From Longimicrobiales bacterium (GTDB taxonomy: Bacteria > Gemmatimonadota > Gemmatimonadetes > Longimicrobiales > Gaopeijiaceae): DNA of 64,000 bases. This document shows positions 1 through 9,848 of this stretch, piece by piece; positions within the stretch are counted from its first letter, which is position 1, and every line of letters starts with the position of its first letter. Below the pieces are notes generated by a model that made no database searches, had not been told where the DNA came from, and worked only from the letters and a program-made list of their open reading frames with translations. The translations under genes were made by a program, and so were the position numbers. The DNA is taken from NCBI GenBank assembly GCA_965203485.1, contig OZ241892.1, positions 1,824,001 through 1,888,000 of the forward strand, read 5' to 3'.

Positions 1-1949
1 TCGTCGGGGCGGCCGAGAAGCAGGAGATTCTGGAGACGGGCGACGTCGGCCGGCGCTTCGGGGCGCTGCGCGAGATCCTGGTCCGGGAAGTGGAGATCCT
101 GCGCATCCAGGCCAAGCTGAGCGGGCGTCTCGGCTTGCGCGGCGAACGCGGAGGACCCGAGCTGTTCCTGGAGGAGCTGGGCGAGATCGCGAGCGCGCCC
201 CCGCCCGAGTGGAAGGAACTCGCGCGGGCCGTGGCGGAGGCCGACCTGCCCCCGCACGCCAGGGAACGGGCGGACCGGGAGATCGAGCGGCTGGGGAAGC
301 TGAACCCGGTCGCCCCCGAGGCGTCGGTCGTGCGCGCTTACCTAGAGTGGATCACGGAGTTGCCGTGGCGCCGCGAGACCGACGACAACCAGGACATCGG
401 CCACGCCGCCGCCGTGCTGGACGCGGAGCACTACGGACTGCGCGAAGTCAAGGAACGCATCCTCGACCACATCGCAGTGCTGTCGCTCGCCGGCACGTTG
501 CCCGGACCGATCCTGTTTCTGGTGGGGCCTCCAGGGGTGGGCAAGACCTCGCTCGGGCGCAGCATAGCCAACTGCCTGGAGCGCAAGTTCGCGCGCGTGA
601 GCTTGGGCGGCGTGCGCGACGAGGCGGAGATCCGAGGTCACCGGCGTACCTACGTGGGCGCGCTGCCGGGGCGCATCGTCCAGGGGATTCGCAAGGCCCG
701 GTCGCGCAACCCGGTCTTCTTGCTGGACGAAGTGGACAAGCTGGCCCGCGACTTCCACGGCGACCCGGCGGCGGCGTTGCTGGAGGTGCTCGATCCCGAG
801 CAGAACCGGACGTTCGCGGACCACTACCTGGAGCTGGAGTTCGACCTCTCGCAAGTGCTGTTCATCGCCACGGCCAACACCCTGAGCGAAGTGCCGGGAC
901 CGTTGCGCGACCGAATGGAGGTCATTCGCCTGCCCGGCTACCTCGACACGGAGAAGAAGGCGATCGCGCGCCAGTTCCTGTGGCCGAAGCTGGTGTCGCG
1001 CCACGGAATAGCGCCCTATTCGCCCGAAGTCTCCGACGGCGCGATCGAGGAGATCGTCGCCAGCTACACCCGCGAGGCTGGAGTGCGCGAGCTGGAGAGG
1101 CGGCTGTCGCGCGTCGCCCGCAAGCTGGCGCGCAGAGTCGCAGACGAGGCGTCCGCCCGGTGGCCAAGCGGCGCGGGCGCGGCCAAAGCCCGTCCCGAGC
1201 GCGTGGAGGCGTCGGCGCCGACGTCCGCCAGCCGCTCGAGCGCCGAGGCCCGCCCCGAGCGCGTGGAGGCGTCCCATCTTGCGAAGCTTCTCGGGCCGCC
1301 CGCCTACGTCCCGGCCGAGGCCGGCGGAGGATCGGACCGGCGCGGAATCGCCAGGGGGCTGTCCTGGACGGCGGCGGGCGGCGAGGTGATCGACGTGGAG
1401 GTGGCCGTCGTGCCCGGGTCGGGCAAGATCCAGCTGACCGGCACGCTGGGCGAGGTGATGAAGGAGTCGGCGTTCGCGGCCGTCACGTACGCCCGGTCCA
1501 GGGCCCGCGTCCTGGGGCTCTCGGAACGCTTCCACAAGGCGATGGATCTGCACATTCACATCCCCGAAGGGGCCACGCCGAAGGACGGGCCGTCGGCGGG
1601 CATAACGATCGCGGTCGCGCTCGTCTCGGCGCTCACCAACACGCCTACGCGGGCCGACGTGGCCATGACGGGCGAGATCACGCTGCGCGGGCGGGTGCTG
1701 GTCGTGGGCGGCGTCCGCGAGAAGGCCGTCGCGGCGTTGCGGGCGGGGGTGAAGCGGGTGCTGCTGCCCGTCGCGAACGCCCCGGACGCTGGTCGGTTGC
1801 CGTCGGAGGTGCGCGAGCAGGTGGAGCTTGTGCCGGTCGAGACGATGGAGCATGTGCTGCGCGAGGCGTTGGGGGCGCGGATGGAGGCGGCGCGGCCGGG
1901 GCGGGACAGCGTGGCGCTCGGGGCCGGCGTCGCGGCGGGCGTGTCGTGA
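1..1949 (+). CDS. lon: ATP-dependent Lon protease (5' end outside window)
   Basis: Frame open from nt 3; Walker A GPPGVGKTS, GGVRDEAEIRGHRRTYVGA, LLDEVDK, catalytic PKDGPSAG and AMTGEITLRG motifs. Confidence 0.97.
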   Translation, partial: VGAAEKQEILETGDVGRRFGALREILVREVEILRIQAKLSGRLGLRGERGGPELFLEELGEIASAPPPEWKELARAVAEADLPPHARERADREIERLGKLNPVAPEASVVRAYLEWITELPWRRETDDNQDIGHAAAVLDAEHYGLREVKERILDHIAVLSLAGTLPGPILFLVGPPGVGKTSLGRSIANCLERKFARVSLGGVRDEAEIRGHRRTYVGALPGRIVQGIRKARSRNPVFLLDEVDKLARDFHGDPAAALLEVLDPEQNRTFADHYLELEFDLSQVLFIATANTLSEVPGPLRDRMEVIRLPGYLDTEKKAIARQFLWPKLVSRHGIAPYSPEVSDGAIEEIVASYTREAGVRELERRLSRVARKLARRVADEASARWPSGAGAAKARPERVEASAPTSASRSSAEARPERVEASHLAKLLGPPAYVPAEAGGGSDRRGIARGLSWTAAGGEVIDVEVAVVPGSGKIQLTGTLGEVMKESAFAAVTYARSRARVLGLSERFHKAMDLHIHIPEGATPKDGPSAGITIAVALVSALTNTPTRADVAMTGEITLRGRVLVVGGVREKAVAALRAGVKRVLLPVANAPDAGRLPSEVREQVELVPVETMEHVLREALGARMEAARPGRDSVALGAGVAAGVS

Positions 1950-2041
1950 CCGGTGCGAGCGGGGCGCGAGTCGCGCGAGGAGCCGCGTCGCGCGGCAGGC
2001 GTCGCGGTGGGCATGTCGTGGTCGGCGCGAGCGGGGCGTGA
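1926..2041 (+). repeat. 44-nt imperfect direct repeat (1926-1969 / 1998-2041) at the lon-engB junction
   Basis: ggcgtcgcggcgggcgtgtcgtgaccggtgcgagcggggcgcga vs ggcgtcgcggtgggcatgtcgtggtcggcgcgagcggggcgtga; 6 mismatches, 72-nt period. Confidence 0.85.
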
Positions 2042-2637
2042 TCGTCCGAAGCGTGGAGTTCGCGGGCTCCGTCGCGGCGGAGGGTCAGCCGCCGCCGGGC
2101 GAGTTGCCGCAGGTCGCCTTCGCGGGACGCTCCAACGTGGGCAAGTCTTCGCTGATCAACCGCTTGCTGGGGAGACCGCGGCGCAAAATCGCCCGCGTGT
2201 CGGCCGTGCCCGGCAAGACGCAGACGCTGAACTTCTACCGCGTGAACGACGCCTTCTTCCTCGTGGACATGCCCGGGCTGGGGTACGCGAAGGCGCCCGC
2301 GGCCGCGCGCGAGTCCTGGCTGCGGCTGGTGCGAAGCTACGTGACGGGCAGCGCGGCCTTGCGGGGCGTCGCCTACTTGGTGGACTCGCGGCATCGGCCC
2401 ATGGCGGCCGACCGCGAATTCATGGGTTGCTTGGCCGTATCCGGGGTACCGACGCTACTGGTGCTCACCAAGGTGGACAAGCTGAAGCGGCGGGACCGGG
2501 AGAAGGGCTTGGCCGCGCCGGTCTGCGAGGAACTCGGCGTCGAAGAGGAGCAGGTGGTCGGGAGTTCGGCCCGCACGGGCGAGGGGATGGACGTCCTGCT
2601 TGCTGCGGTCGGCCAGTTGCTGGAGGGAGAGGCTTGA
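2038..2637 (+). CDS. engB: Ribosome biogenesis GTPase EngB/YihA
   Basis: GTG start at 2038; AFAGRSNVGKSSLIN, PGKTQ, LVDMPGLGY, TKVD motifs; usual position after lon. Confidence 0.95.
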   Translation: MIVRSVEFAGSVAAEGQPPPGELPQVAFAGRSNVGKSSLINRLLGRPRRKIARVSAVPGKTQTLNFYRVNDAFFLVDMPGLGYAKAPAAARESWLRLVRSYVTGSAALRGVAYLVDSRHRPMAADREFMGCLAVSGVPTLLVLTKVDKLKRRDREKGLAAPVCEELGVEEEQVVGSSARTGEGMDVLLAAVGQLLEGEA

Positions 2638-3458
2638 GGCGGCTCGGGACGCGCGGGCGTCGCGGAGGACGGGTCGAGGCCTGTGCGTCCGCGCAAGCTT
2701 GGGCGCGCGTCCGCCGCCGAGAGCGAACCGATGGGCAGGCCGCCGGCGCCCGGGGACCGACACGCTTCCTTGCGCCGACCGTGCTTGCGGCGATCACGGC
2801 GGCTTGCGGACCGGCTCTTGCGCCCGGAAGCGCCCGCGCGCCCGCCGCCGCCGACTTCCGGCCCGACAGCGTCGCGGACCGGGCCCGTCCGTCCCGCTCG
2901 GGCGCCCTCAGGCAGGAGCAGATTTCCGTGCGGACGATGGTCGGCTCCTTGAGGATCGAGATCACGCCGCTCGACGACTGGGCGCTCGACGCCGCGGCTC
3001 CCGACACGCGCGCGCGCCTGATGCGCATTCGGGAAGAGCGCGGCCGCGAAGCCGCTCGCCGTTCCGGGTTGAGGGATCCCGGTCTCTTCCTGGTGTCGTT
3101 CTCGAGTGCCCGGACGTCCACCGACTTTCGGCCCGAGGACCTGCACCTGGTTGCCCTCGGCCTGCGCGAACGGCCGTTGGCCATACTGCCCCTCAGTCCC
3201 GCGTGGGGCAGCCATCGGCTGGAGCCGCAGACCAGCGCCGTGGCCCTGTACGCCTACGACGCCGTCGACGTCAAGCGAGAATTCGTCGTGGCATACCAGG
3301 GACACGAAGACCGCTCCTGGGCCGGCAAAGTGCCCGTGATCGAAGCGGAGCGAAGCCGGATCAGCGGCGCGGCGCGGGACCCAACACTTTCAACAGCTCG
3401 GCCACGAAGTCAGGTAGAACCGGCGGCGGTCCCTTGCCCGAGAATGATTGAGATGTAG
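2634..3458 (+). CDS. Hypothetical protein, probable lipoprotein (start uncertain)
   Basis: TTG overlaps engB stop; VLAAITAAC lipobox-like segment near 2781 followed by globular-looking sequence; 3' end overlaps res by 49 nt. Confidence 0.55.
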   Translation: MRRLGTRGRRGGRVEACASAQAWARVRRRERTDGQAAGARGPTRFLAPTVLAAITAACGPALAPGSARAPAAADFRPDSVADRARPSRSGALRQEQISVRTMVGSLRIEITPLDDWALDAAAPDTRARLMRIREERGREAARRSGLRDPGLFLVSFSSARTSTDFRPEDLHLVALGLRERPLAILPLSPAWGSHRLEPQTSAVALYAYDAVDVKREFVVAYQGHEDRSWAGKVPVIEAERSRISGAARDPTLSTARPRSQVEPAAVPCPRMIEM

Positions 3459-6400
3459 TTGTACTCGTCCGTGCATTCTGGAAAGAGGATATGGGCCTGC
3501 GCAAACCGTTTGCGCGTCCATGTGCCGTCGTCGTACGACCTGCGAAGGTCCTCGTAGGGCGTATTCGAGACGATGTAGGAGTCCAAGGAAACGTTATTCA
3601 TTCGGGATCTGTCGGCGGCCTTCTGCGCCAGCGCGGGCAGGCGCTCGTGCAAACGGGCCTTGTCGTCGTGCCGGTACGCCTCTGCATGGACCATGCCGTG
3701 GGGTTCCACAAACACCACCCGTTGCGTCGGCCCTTCCTTGATCCACAGGATGAAGTCCGGGTAGAAGCCGCGTGTGTCAAAGAAACCGATTCCCCTTCCT
3801 CGAGTTAGGTTCCGCAACAGAAAGAGTTCTCTTCCTCTGCCGAAGTCGTCCGCGTGAGCTTCGCACCGGGCCCGCAGGTCTTCGATGAACCGCACTTCGC
3901 CGACGTTGAGCCCCGGAGGCGTCGTCTCGATGCGAGCGTCCCGATCAACCAGCAACGGCTGATACAAATGCCGGTCGAAGTAGATGCCTGGAAGATCCGT
4001 CGTGGCCATTCGGTAGATCCGATCGCCTTCGGCAATTAGCTCCCGGATCGCCTCCACCAGTGCCGTCTCGTTGCGCGGAACACGAACCGTGTAACGGGGA
4101 AAATTCGCATCTCGCTCGCTCACTTTGGTATACACGACCTTTTCCGCGTCCCACTGATCTCGGCGGACACGGCAGAACTTGTCCACGTACTTCTTCAGAA
4201 TCGTCAGCACAGCTTCTTCGAGAAGCCGCGTGTCTTTGTAGCTCTGAGGGGCAGCAATGTCGTCGTCCGCGATCAAGTCATAGAGTTCGTTGCCTTCCGC
4301 CGCCTTGACGATCCGCATCATTGCTTTGGGTGTGAGGGCAAGATTAGTCAGTCCCTGGCTATCCGCATACTCGACGAGCTCCAGATATACGTTCTGCCAG
4401 TTAACCAGTGTGAGGCTCGTCGCCGGGATTGGCCGGGGCTGGCCCGACCGTGCGTTACGATCATATATGTGATTCCCATCGCTCTCCAGAGTGCGGACGC
4501 GCACGGACTTGTCCACGCGCACGCGGATATCCTCGTCGCGGTCAAGCAACACATCCTCCTCGTCTACGAAGGATCCCTCGTCGGGCATGGTCGGAACGAG
4601 TAGGCCCCGGTTCAAGAACGCGCGGTTGGGTTCCGCGTCCAGGCGGAGTTCCAGCACGTCCCGCGTGTCCACGCCTTCCTGCTCCAAGTAGTTGCGGAAT
4701 TGGAACATGTAGTCGGCGCGGACGGCGAAGATGTCCAGCGTTTCCAGGAGCTTCACGTCGGGCGGGTGCTCGCCGTCCAGGGCGGAGCTCCGCTTGAGGC
4801 CGAAGCCCTTGCCGCGCAGGCGGACCCCGCGTCCGAAGAGCTGGATGATCTGCGAACCCTCGGTGCGACCGATGTTCATCAGCCCCATGTTCGCGACCCG
4901 CCAGGAGTTCCATCCCTCCATGAACTTCCTGGCACCGACCAGGATGTTGACGCCGCCCTCGGGATCGGCGATGCCATCGAAGAGCGAATCGCCAACGACG
5001 TCGTGCTCGAAGACGAAGCCCGGGGCGTCCTGCCGGGCAAGCTTGACGAAGTCCCCGACGTCGCCGATGTAGATCACGCCGAAGCACCGGTCGGCCGTGC
5101 TCGCCCGAAGACCGATCTCGCCCCGGCTACCGCGCATCTGCCCCAGGTGAAGGCCGCCCGAAGCCGATGCGTGAAACACTCGCGCCAGCACGTCGCGGTA
5201 CAGGGCCTCTCCCGACAGGCCGGACTTCCGGAGGGACGCGAACCTGTCCGCGAACACATCCCGCCCGTCGGCCCTTCGCAGGCCGCTACCGCCCTTCAAT
5301 AGCCTGGACGCCGTCTCGACCGCCCAGCCTTCCCGGTTCGCGAGCACGCGATGAAAGAAGCGAGCCACCGTCAGCACGTCGCTTCTCTTCTGCTTTCGCA
5401 GGGAGTAGACGGCCTTAACGGTGCCCCCGACGAACACCCACAGCGGATGCTCGACGTTGTAGGACCGAATCGCGGCCTCGTGCTCGTCAAAGACCCGCAT
5501 CTGCTGGTAGAACGACAGCAGGTTGCCGAGAAGCAACGTGTCCGTCGCGTCCTGCTCGACTTCCTCTCGCAGGTTCAGGATGCGGAAGTCCTTGCCGTAC
5601 CCGTCTCCGTGGAAGTATCGGTACGAATAGTCGAAGCCGATCGACTTGCCGTACTCCCCCGTCAGCTCCTGGTTCCGCGCCGACGCCAGGGCTTGGCCGA
5701 AAGTGGCGCTGTACTCGAAGGTGAAGCCGCCCTTCCCGACCGATTCGCGCGCCCTCCGCCACGCCTCGCCGCCCGTGCCTCGGTGCCCTTCGTCGACGAA
5801 GACCAAGTTGACGCCCTCGAACGCCTTCACGGGGACGCTGGCGCCGCCGCCCCGCTTCTTCTCGACGAGCTTGGTGATCTCGACCACCTGCACGGTGTCC
5901 CGGTCGAGCGCCAGAAGGCCGCTGTCGTCCAGGTCGAAGCGCCGGCAAGGGATGCCCGACGCGCGCATCTCGGCGATGTGCTGGCGCGTCAGGCCCTCGT
6001 TGGGCGTGACGAGCACGATGTTGTCGAGCGGCCGGGCGTTGTAGTGCACGAACTGACGGTAGTTGACGTGCATGATCAGCGTCTTGCCGCTGCCCGTCGC
6101 CATCCAGTAGGCAAGTCTGTGAAGGTCCGACGCCTGGACCGTCGGAAATCGGTCGTCGTACGCCTTGTGCTGGTTGTGCTTGTAGGCCGCTTCGTTCAGC
6201 GACTCGACCAGCTCCGCGGGACGCCGAAGGGCCCAGTCCAAGTAGAGCTCCGTGTACAACGCCGCCGCGTGCTGAAAGTAGCGGAACACGATCGGGCGGC
6301 CGCGCCCCGCGTTCACGGCCCGCAGATGGGCTCGGATGTTCTGGTCGTAGCGGACGAAGTCCTCCAAGGGCACCTTCGCGCGCCGTCCCCGCGACTCCAA

Positions 6401-6562
6401 GCGTCGGTGGACGTAGCTCATTCCGGTGTCGTCGTAGCCTTCGGCGCACTCCTTCAGGTCCGCGAGCATTTCTTGATTGGTCTTGTAGCCGAATTGCTCG
6501 TGAAGCCACGCAAGAAGGACCAGCCGCCGATCCAGCTTCGCTTTCGAGGCCCGGTTCGCCAT
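3410..6562 (-). CDS. res: Type III restriction endonuclease subunit (Res; SF2 helicase + PD-(D/E)xK nuclease), 1050 aa
   Basis: ATG at 6562 overlaps mod stop (TGATG); YWMATGSGKT, FVDEGH, EYSATF, QLFGRGVR, FYPDFILW..VEPHG. Confidence 0.92.
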   Translation of the reverse strand: MANRASKAKLDRRLVLLAWLHEQFGYKTNQEMLADLKECAEGYDDTGMSYVHRRLESRGRRAKVPLEDFVRYDQNIRAHLRAVNAGRGRPIVFRYFQHAAALYTELYLDWALRRPAELVESLNEAAYKHNQHKAYDDRFPTVQASDLHRLAYWMATGSGKTLIMHVNYRQFVHYNARPLDNIVLVTPNEGLTRQHIAEMRASGIPCRRFDLDDSGLLALDRDTVQVVEITKLVEKKRGGGASVPVKAFEGVNLVFVDEGHRGTGGEAWRRARESVGKGGFTFEYSATFGQALASARNQELTGEYGKSIGFDYSYRYFHGDGYGKDFRILNLREEVEQDATDTLLLGNLLSFYQQMRVFDEHEAAIRSYNVEHPLWVFVGGTVKAVYSLRKQKRSDVLTVARFFHRVLANREGWAVETASRLLKGGSGLRRADGRDVFADRFASLRKSGLSGEALYRDVLARVFHASASGGLHLGQMRGSRGEIGLRASTADRCFGVIYIGDVGDFVKLARQDAPGFVFEHDVVGDSLFDGIADPEGGVNILVGARKFMEGWNSWRVANMGLMNIGRTEGSQIIQLFGRGVRLRGKGFGLKRSSALDGEHPPDVKLLETLDIFAVRADYMFQFRNYLEQEGVDTRDVLELRLDAEPNRAFLNRGLLVPTMPDEGSFVDEEDVLLDRDEDIRVRVDKSVRVRTLESDGNHIYDRNARSGQPRPIPATSLTLVNWQNVYLELVEYADSQGLTNLALTPKAMMRIVKAAEGNELYDLIADDDIAAPQSYKDTRLLEEAVLTILKKYVDKFCRVRRDQWDAEKVVYTKVSERDANFPRYTVRVPRNETALVEAIRELIAEGDRIYRMATTDLPGIYFDRHLYQPLLVDRDARIETTPPGLNVGEVRFIEDLRARCEAHADDFGRGRELFLLRNLTRGRGIGFFDTRGFYPDFILWIKEGPTQRVVFVEPHGMVHAEAYRHDDKARLHERLPALAQKAADRSRMNNVSLDSYIVSNTPYEDLRRSYDDGTWTRKRFAQAHILFPECTDEYNYISIILGQGTAAGST

Positions 6563-9500
6563 CACGCGCCCCCCGATCGGAACATGCGCCTCTTGAAGAT
6601 CGGATCCAGCGCCGTCGCTTCGCGGATGAGGGAACTTCCGTTCACGAACACTTGGTCGGCCCCGTCGACGAACCCCTGGGCTGCCACGAACTCCTTGTCC
6701 CGCACGAAATCCGCCCTGCCCCAGCCCTCCGTGTCCCGCCAGATGACGACGGTCCGCCGCCTGTCGACGGTTCCGGCGTGCACAAGGTACCGCCGTCCGT
6801 CGTCGTGGTGGACACGTCGCGTGGCCACGCGAAGGCCCAGCAGGTAGGCGAACGTCTCCGGGAGGTCCGCGACGACCTCGCGCACTTGGCCGTTCGCCCC
6901 CGCGCGAAGCTTGTACGAGAAGGGCTTGTCCAGATCGAACACGTTCAAGAGGGTCGCGCTGTCCTTCGTCTCCCACCGTAGCATGTACCTGAGGACGTAG
7001 CCTTCGAGCTCCAACGCGCGCTGGCCCGCCTCGCCGTCGAAGCTGATGTTGCTCAGGGCGTCCTCGTAGCTCTCCAGCCGTACGTACTTCACGACCTGCG
7101 GTCCCCTCGTCGCTTCCTCCGGGGTTGCCACTCGCTTCGGCTTGCCGTCCTTCCACTCGGGCGCGAAGACGATCTTCTTCAGCCGAGGCAACAACATCTG
7201 GTCGAAGTATTCCCCCATCTCCACCAGAACGAACCGCCGTCTGCCTCCGTCGCGGCGGTTGAGATCGACGACCGCATGAGCCGTGGTGCCGGAGCCGGCG
7301 AAGTAGTCCAGCACCGTTCCGTCGTGACGGGCCAGCAACACGGCACACCGGTCCACGAGTTGCGTCGGCTTGGGCTTGATCTCGTCGATCAGCCCCCTCA
7401 TCTCGCCGTTTCCGAAGAGGTTCAGCAAGAGCTTGGTGGCGTCAGTCGTCGTCTTGACGTCGTCCCACAGCGTCGTGGGCACCATGCCCTTGGCGCGCGC
7501 GTGCCGGAGGTAGCGCTTGCACATCGGCTTGCCCTCGCCCGATCGCCCGAACACAATCTGGCCGCCAGCGAGCAGCCGCTTCGTCTTGGCCTCGTCGAAC
7601 CGCCAGTGGCGGCCCTCCGGCGGCCAGTGCTCCTCGCCCGTCTCGGGGTTGACGATCGAATAATGGAGGTTCTCTCGGACGTTGGGCGCGTCCATGGGGT
7701 CCAGGACCCAAGGCCCCTGCGGATCGTCGTCCCGGTTGGAGAACTTCGTGTCGACGTGCGGCAGCCTGAACTCCGTCTTCTTGGACTCCAGGAACGCCCT
7801 GTCGGCCGCGAAGAAGGTCGTGTGGTTGGTGGAGATCGAGATCAGCGCGTCGTTCGACACCGACTTGCGACTGTTCCAGATGACGTCGGCCACGAAGTTC
7901 TCCCGGCCCCACGTCTGCTCGAGGACCCCTCGAAGCACGGCGTACTCCCCGTCGTCGGTGCTGACGAAGATGCCCGCGCGCCGGGAAGCCAGTCTCCGCG
8001 AGGCGGCCAAGCGGTCGTTCATCATCGACAGCCACGAGCTGTGCCTATAGTTGTCCTTGTAGACGAACTTCTCGTTCTGGCCGGTGTTGTAGGGCGGGTC
8101 AATGTAGATGCAGTCCACTTCGTCTCTGTGTCGTTCCTCCAGCAGGCCGAGCGCCTGCCAGTTCTCGCCGTGCACCAACGTGCCTGCGGTCATGCCGTCC
8201 AGGTCCTCCCACGAGCCGAGAAGCCGGTCGACGAACGATTGGGAGAAGTGCCTGGTGTCGAGGACGAGCGTCGGATGCTGCCGGAGGAAGGCCAGCCGCG
8301 CGCCCGCCTTGTCTCGGGCCGAGTTGAAGAGGTCGACGCGTTCTTCGTCCACGCACAGCAGCTCGCGCCATTCGTTCCACTGTTCTTCGCACTCGGCGAT
8401 CTCCGGGTGGAACGCCTCGCCTATGCACATCAGGGTGACGCAGTACTGGGTATCCGTTACGAACTTGCGCTTCTCCCACAGCATCTTCTGAAAGGACTCG
8501 ATCTGGTCCAAGAAGTCGATGATCCTATGGCCCACGGTTCTGATTACGCGCACCGTCTGAAACCAGCCTTCCGATCTTTCCTCGCCAGCCGTCACGACGT
8601 TCGCCACGTTCATGACTTCGTTCTTGAGATAGAAGTCGAGTTCGCCGGTCAGAAACCTCTTCAGGTCCTTGTGAACAAAGTAGTCCGACGTGTTGCGCCT
8701 GGTGTACCGCCGAAGATGGTGCTCGAGAACCGTCACCACTTCCCCGCTCGCCGTGGTTCGGCGCTCCGCGGTCAGGGCGGCGTGCGCGCGTTCGGCGTTG
8801 CTCGTCTTTGCCAGGTGCTCCGGTATCGCGACGAGCGCCCGAGCGACGATCTCTTCCTGTGTGCCGTTGACGCCCCTCTTGCTGTTGCCGGGGCTCTCGT
8901 CCTTCGTCAGCGGGCGGTACTCGAACGAAACCGCAAGGTGGGAGGCTTGGTCGTCCCATGCGATCTGGTCGAACCGGGGCACGAAGAAGCGCCGGTCCCC
9001 CTTGACGTTGTCCTGTTCGACGTCGGCGGCCGCCAGGCGGAAATCGACACTGACGCCCTTGGCGCTGAAGGCGTAGTCGCGGAATACCTCCGTCGTCTTG
9101 ACGTAATACTGATCCTTGTTGGACCAGTGCAGAAGGACCTCTTCGCCGTTGTACGGGACGGCGTAGCGCTGGCGCATCGAGTACCGACGCTGGGACATGA
9201 AGTCGCCGCGGTCGTAGTACCGGCCGAAGAAGGTGAGCAAGTGGTTGTAGATGTCGCGTTCAATCGCCGTCCGACTTCTGGTGCCGCTGGACGACAACGC
9301 CCGAAAGCGCAGGTACTTGCGTCCAATCTCAGTGTCGCCGTGAGGTGACTTAAGCGATCCGTCTGGCGTGACAGCGTCGGGTGCAAGGTATTTTTTGATC
9401 TGCGTGGCCGCCTCTTGCATCTCCTTGGCCGCCCAAGCTTGCTCTCGAAGGATGCCTTGGTCGAGTTCCTCTGCGACGGCGGCGGGCAGGTCATTAACGA

Positions 9501-9657
9501 CGAAGTTTTCAATTACGTCGCGCTTGTGGTTCAGTATGCGATAGACGCCGAAGTCAAGGTCCGCCGAGTCGAATTGAAACAGCTCCCGTAACAGGTTATG
9601 AAACTTCGCGCAAGCACGGATGGGTTGCCCACCGACCGGCTCTTCCGCGGCCGTCAT
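6562..9657 (-). CDS. mod: Type III DNA methyltransferase subunit (Mod), long N-terminal variant
   Basis: CIYIDPPYNTG (motif IV) before VLDYFAGSGTT (motif I) = beta-class N6/N4 MTase; DLDFGVYRI N-terminus; LESYEDAL; coupled to res. Confidence 0.93.
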   Translation of the reverse strand: MTAAEEPVGGQPIRACAKFHNLLRELFQFDSADLDFGVYRILNHKRDVIENFVVNDLPAAVAEELDQGILREQAWAAKEMQEAATQIKKYLAPDAVTPDGSLKSPHGDTEIGRKYLRFRALSSSGTRSRTAIERDIYNHLLTFFGRYYDRGDFMSQRRYSMRQRYAVPYNGEEVLLHWSNKDQYYVKTTEVFRDYAFSAKGVSVDFRLAAADVEQDNVKGDRRFFVPRFDQIAWDDQASHLAVSFEYRPLTKDESPGNSKRGVNGTQEEIVARALVAIPEHLAKTSNAERAHAALTAERRTTASGEVVTVLEHHLRRYTRRNTSDYFVHKDLKRFLTGELDFYLKNEVMNVANVVTAGEERSEGWFQTVRVIRTVGHRIIDFLDQIESFQKMLWEKRKFVTDTQYCVTLMCIGEAFHPEIAECEEQWNEWRELLCVDEERVDLFNSARDKAGARLAFLRQHPTLVLDTRHFSQSFVDRLLGSWEDLDGMTAGTLVHGENWQALGLLEERHRDEVDCIYIDPPYNTGQNEKFVYKDNYRHSSWLSMMNDRLAASRRLASRRAGIFVSTDDGEYAVLRGVLEQTWGRENFVADVIWNSRKSVSNDALISISTNHTTFFAADRAFLESKKTEFRLPHVDTKFSNRDDDPQGPWVLDPMDAPNVRENLHYSIVNPETGEEHWPPEGRHWRFDEAKTKRLLAGGQIVFGRSGEGKPMCKRYLRHARAKGMVPTTLWDDVKTTTDATKLLLNLFGNGEMRGLIDEIKPKPTQLVDRCAVLLARHDGTVLDYFAGSGTTAHAVVDLNRRDGGRRRFVLVEMGEYFDQMLLPRLKKIVFAPEWKDGKPKRVATPEEATRGPQVVKYVRLESYEDALSNISFDGEAGQRALELEGYVLRYMLRWETKDSATLLNVFDLDKPFSYKLRAGANGQVREVVADLPETFAYLLGLRVATRRVHHDDGRRYLVHAGTVDRRRTVVIWRDTEGWGRADFVRDKEFVAAQGFVDGADQVFVNGSSLIREATALDPIFKRRMFRSGGA

Positions 9658-9848
9658 TCGTTTTTCGTCTCCGTCATTTTGTGTATTCGATGTGACATAT
9701 TCAAGTCCATCGAGAAGAGAAGGGGTCCACGATGCCTATCCAAGTGCCAACAACCAATCACCTAAAGCTCGCCGCCGCTCGCACGTGGCACTCGCCGAGC
9801 CACGGCTCGTGACCGAAATCTTGTCCGCTGACAGCCGCCGCACCGAGA

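Noticed and set aside
6563..7348. N-terminal 262 aa of the 1312-aa res ORF in the track
   Set aside because: Overlaps mod in another frame; the likely start is the TGATG-coupled ATG at 6562. The same over-extension affects track ORFs for hslU, hslV, xerC, aroC, aroK and the pil genes
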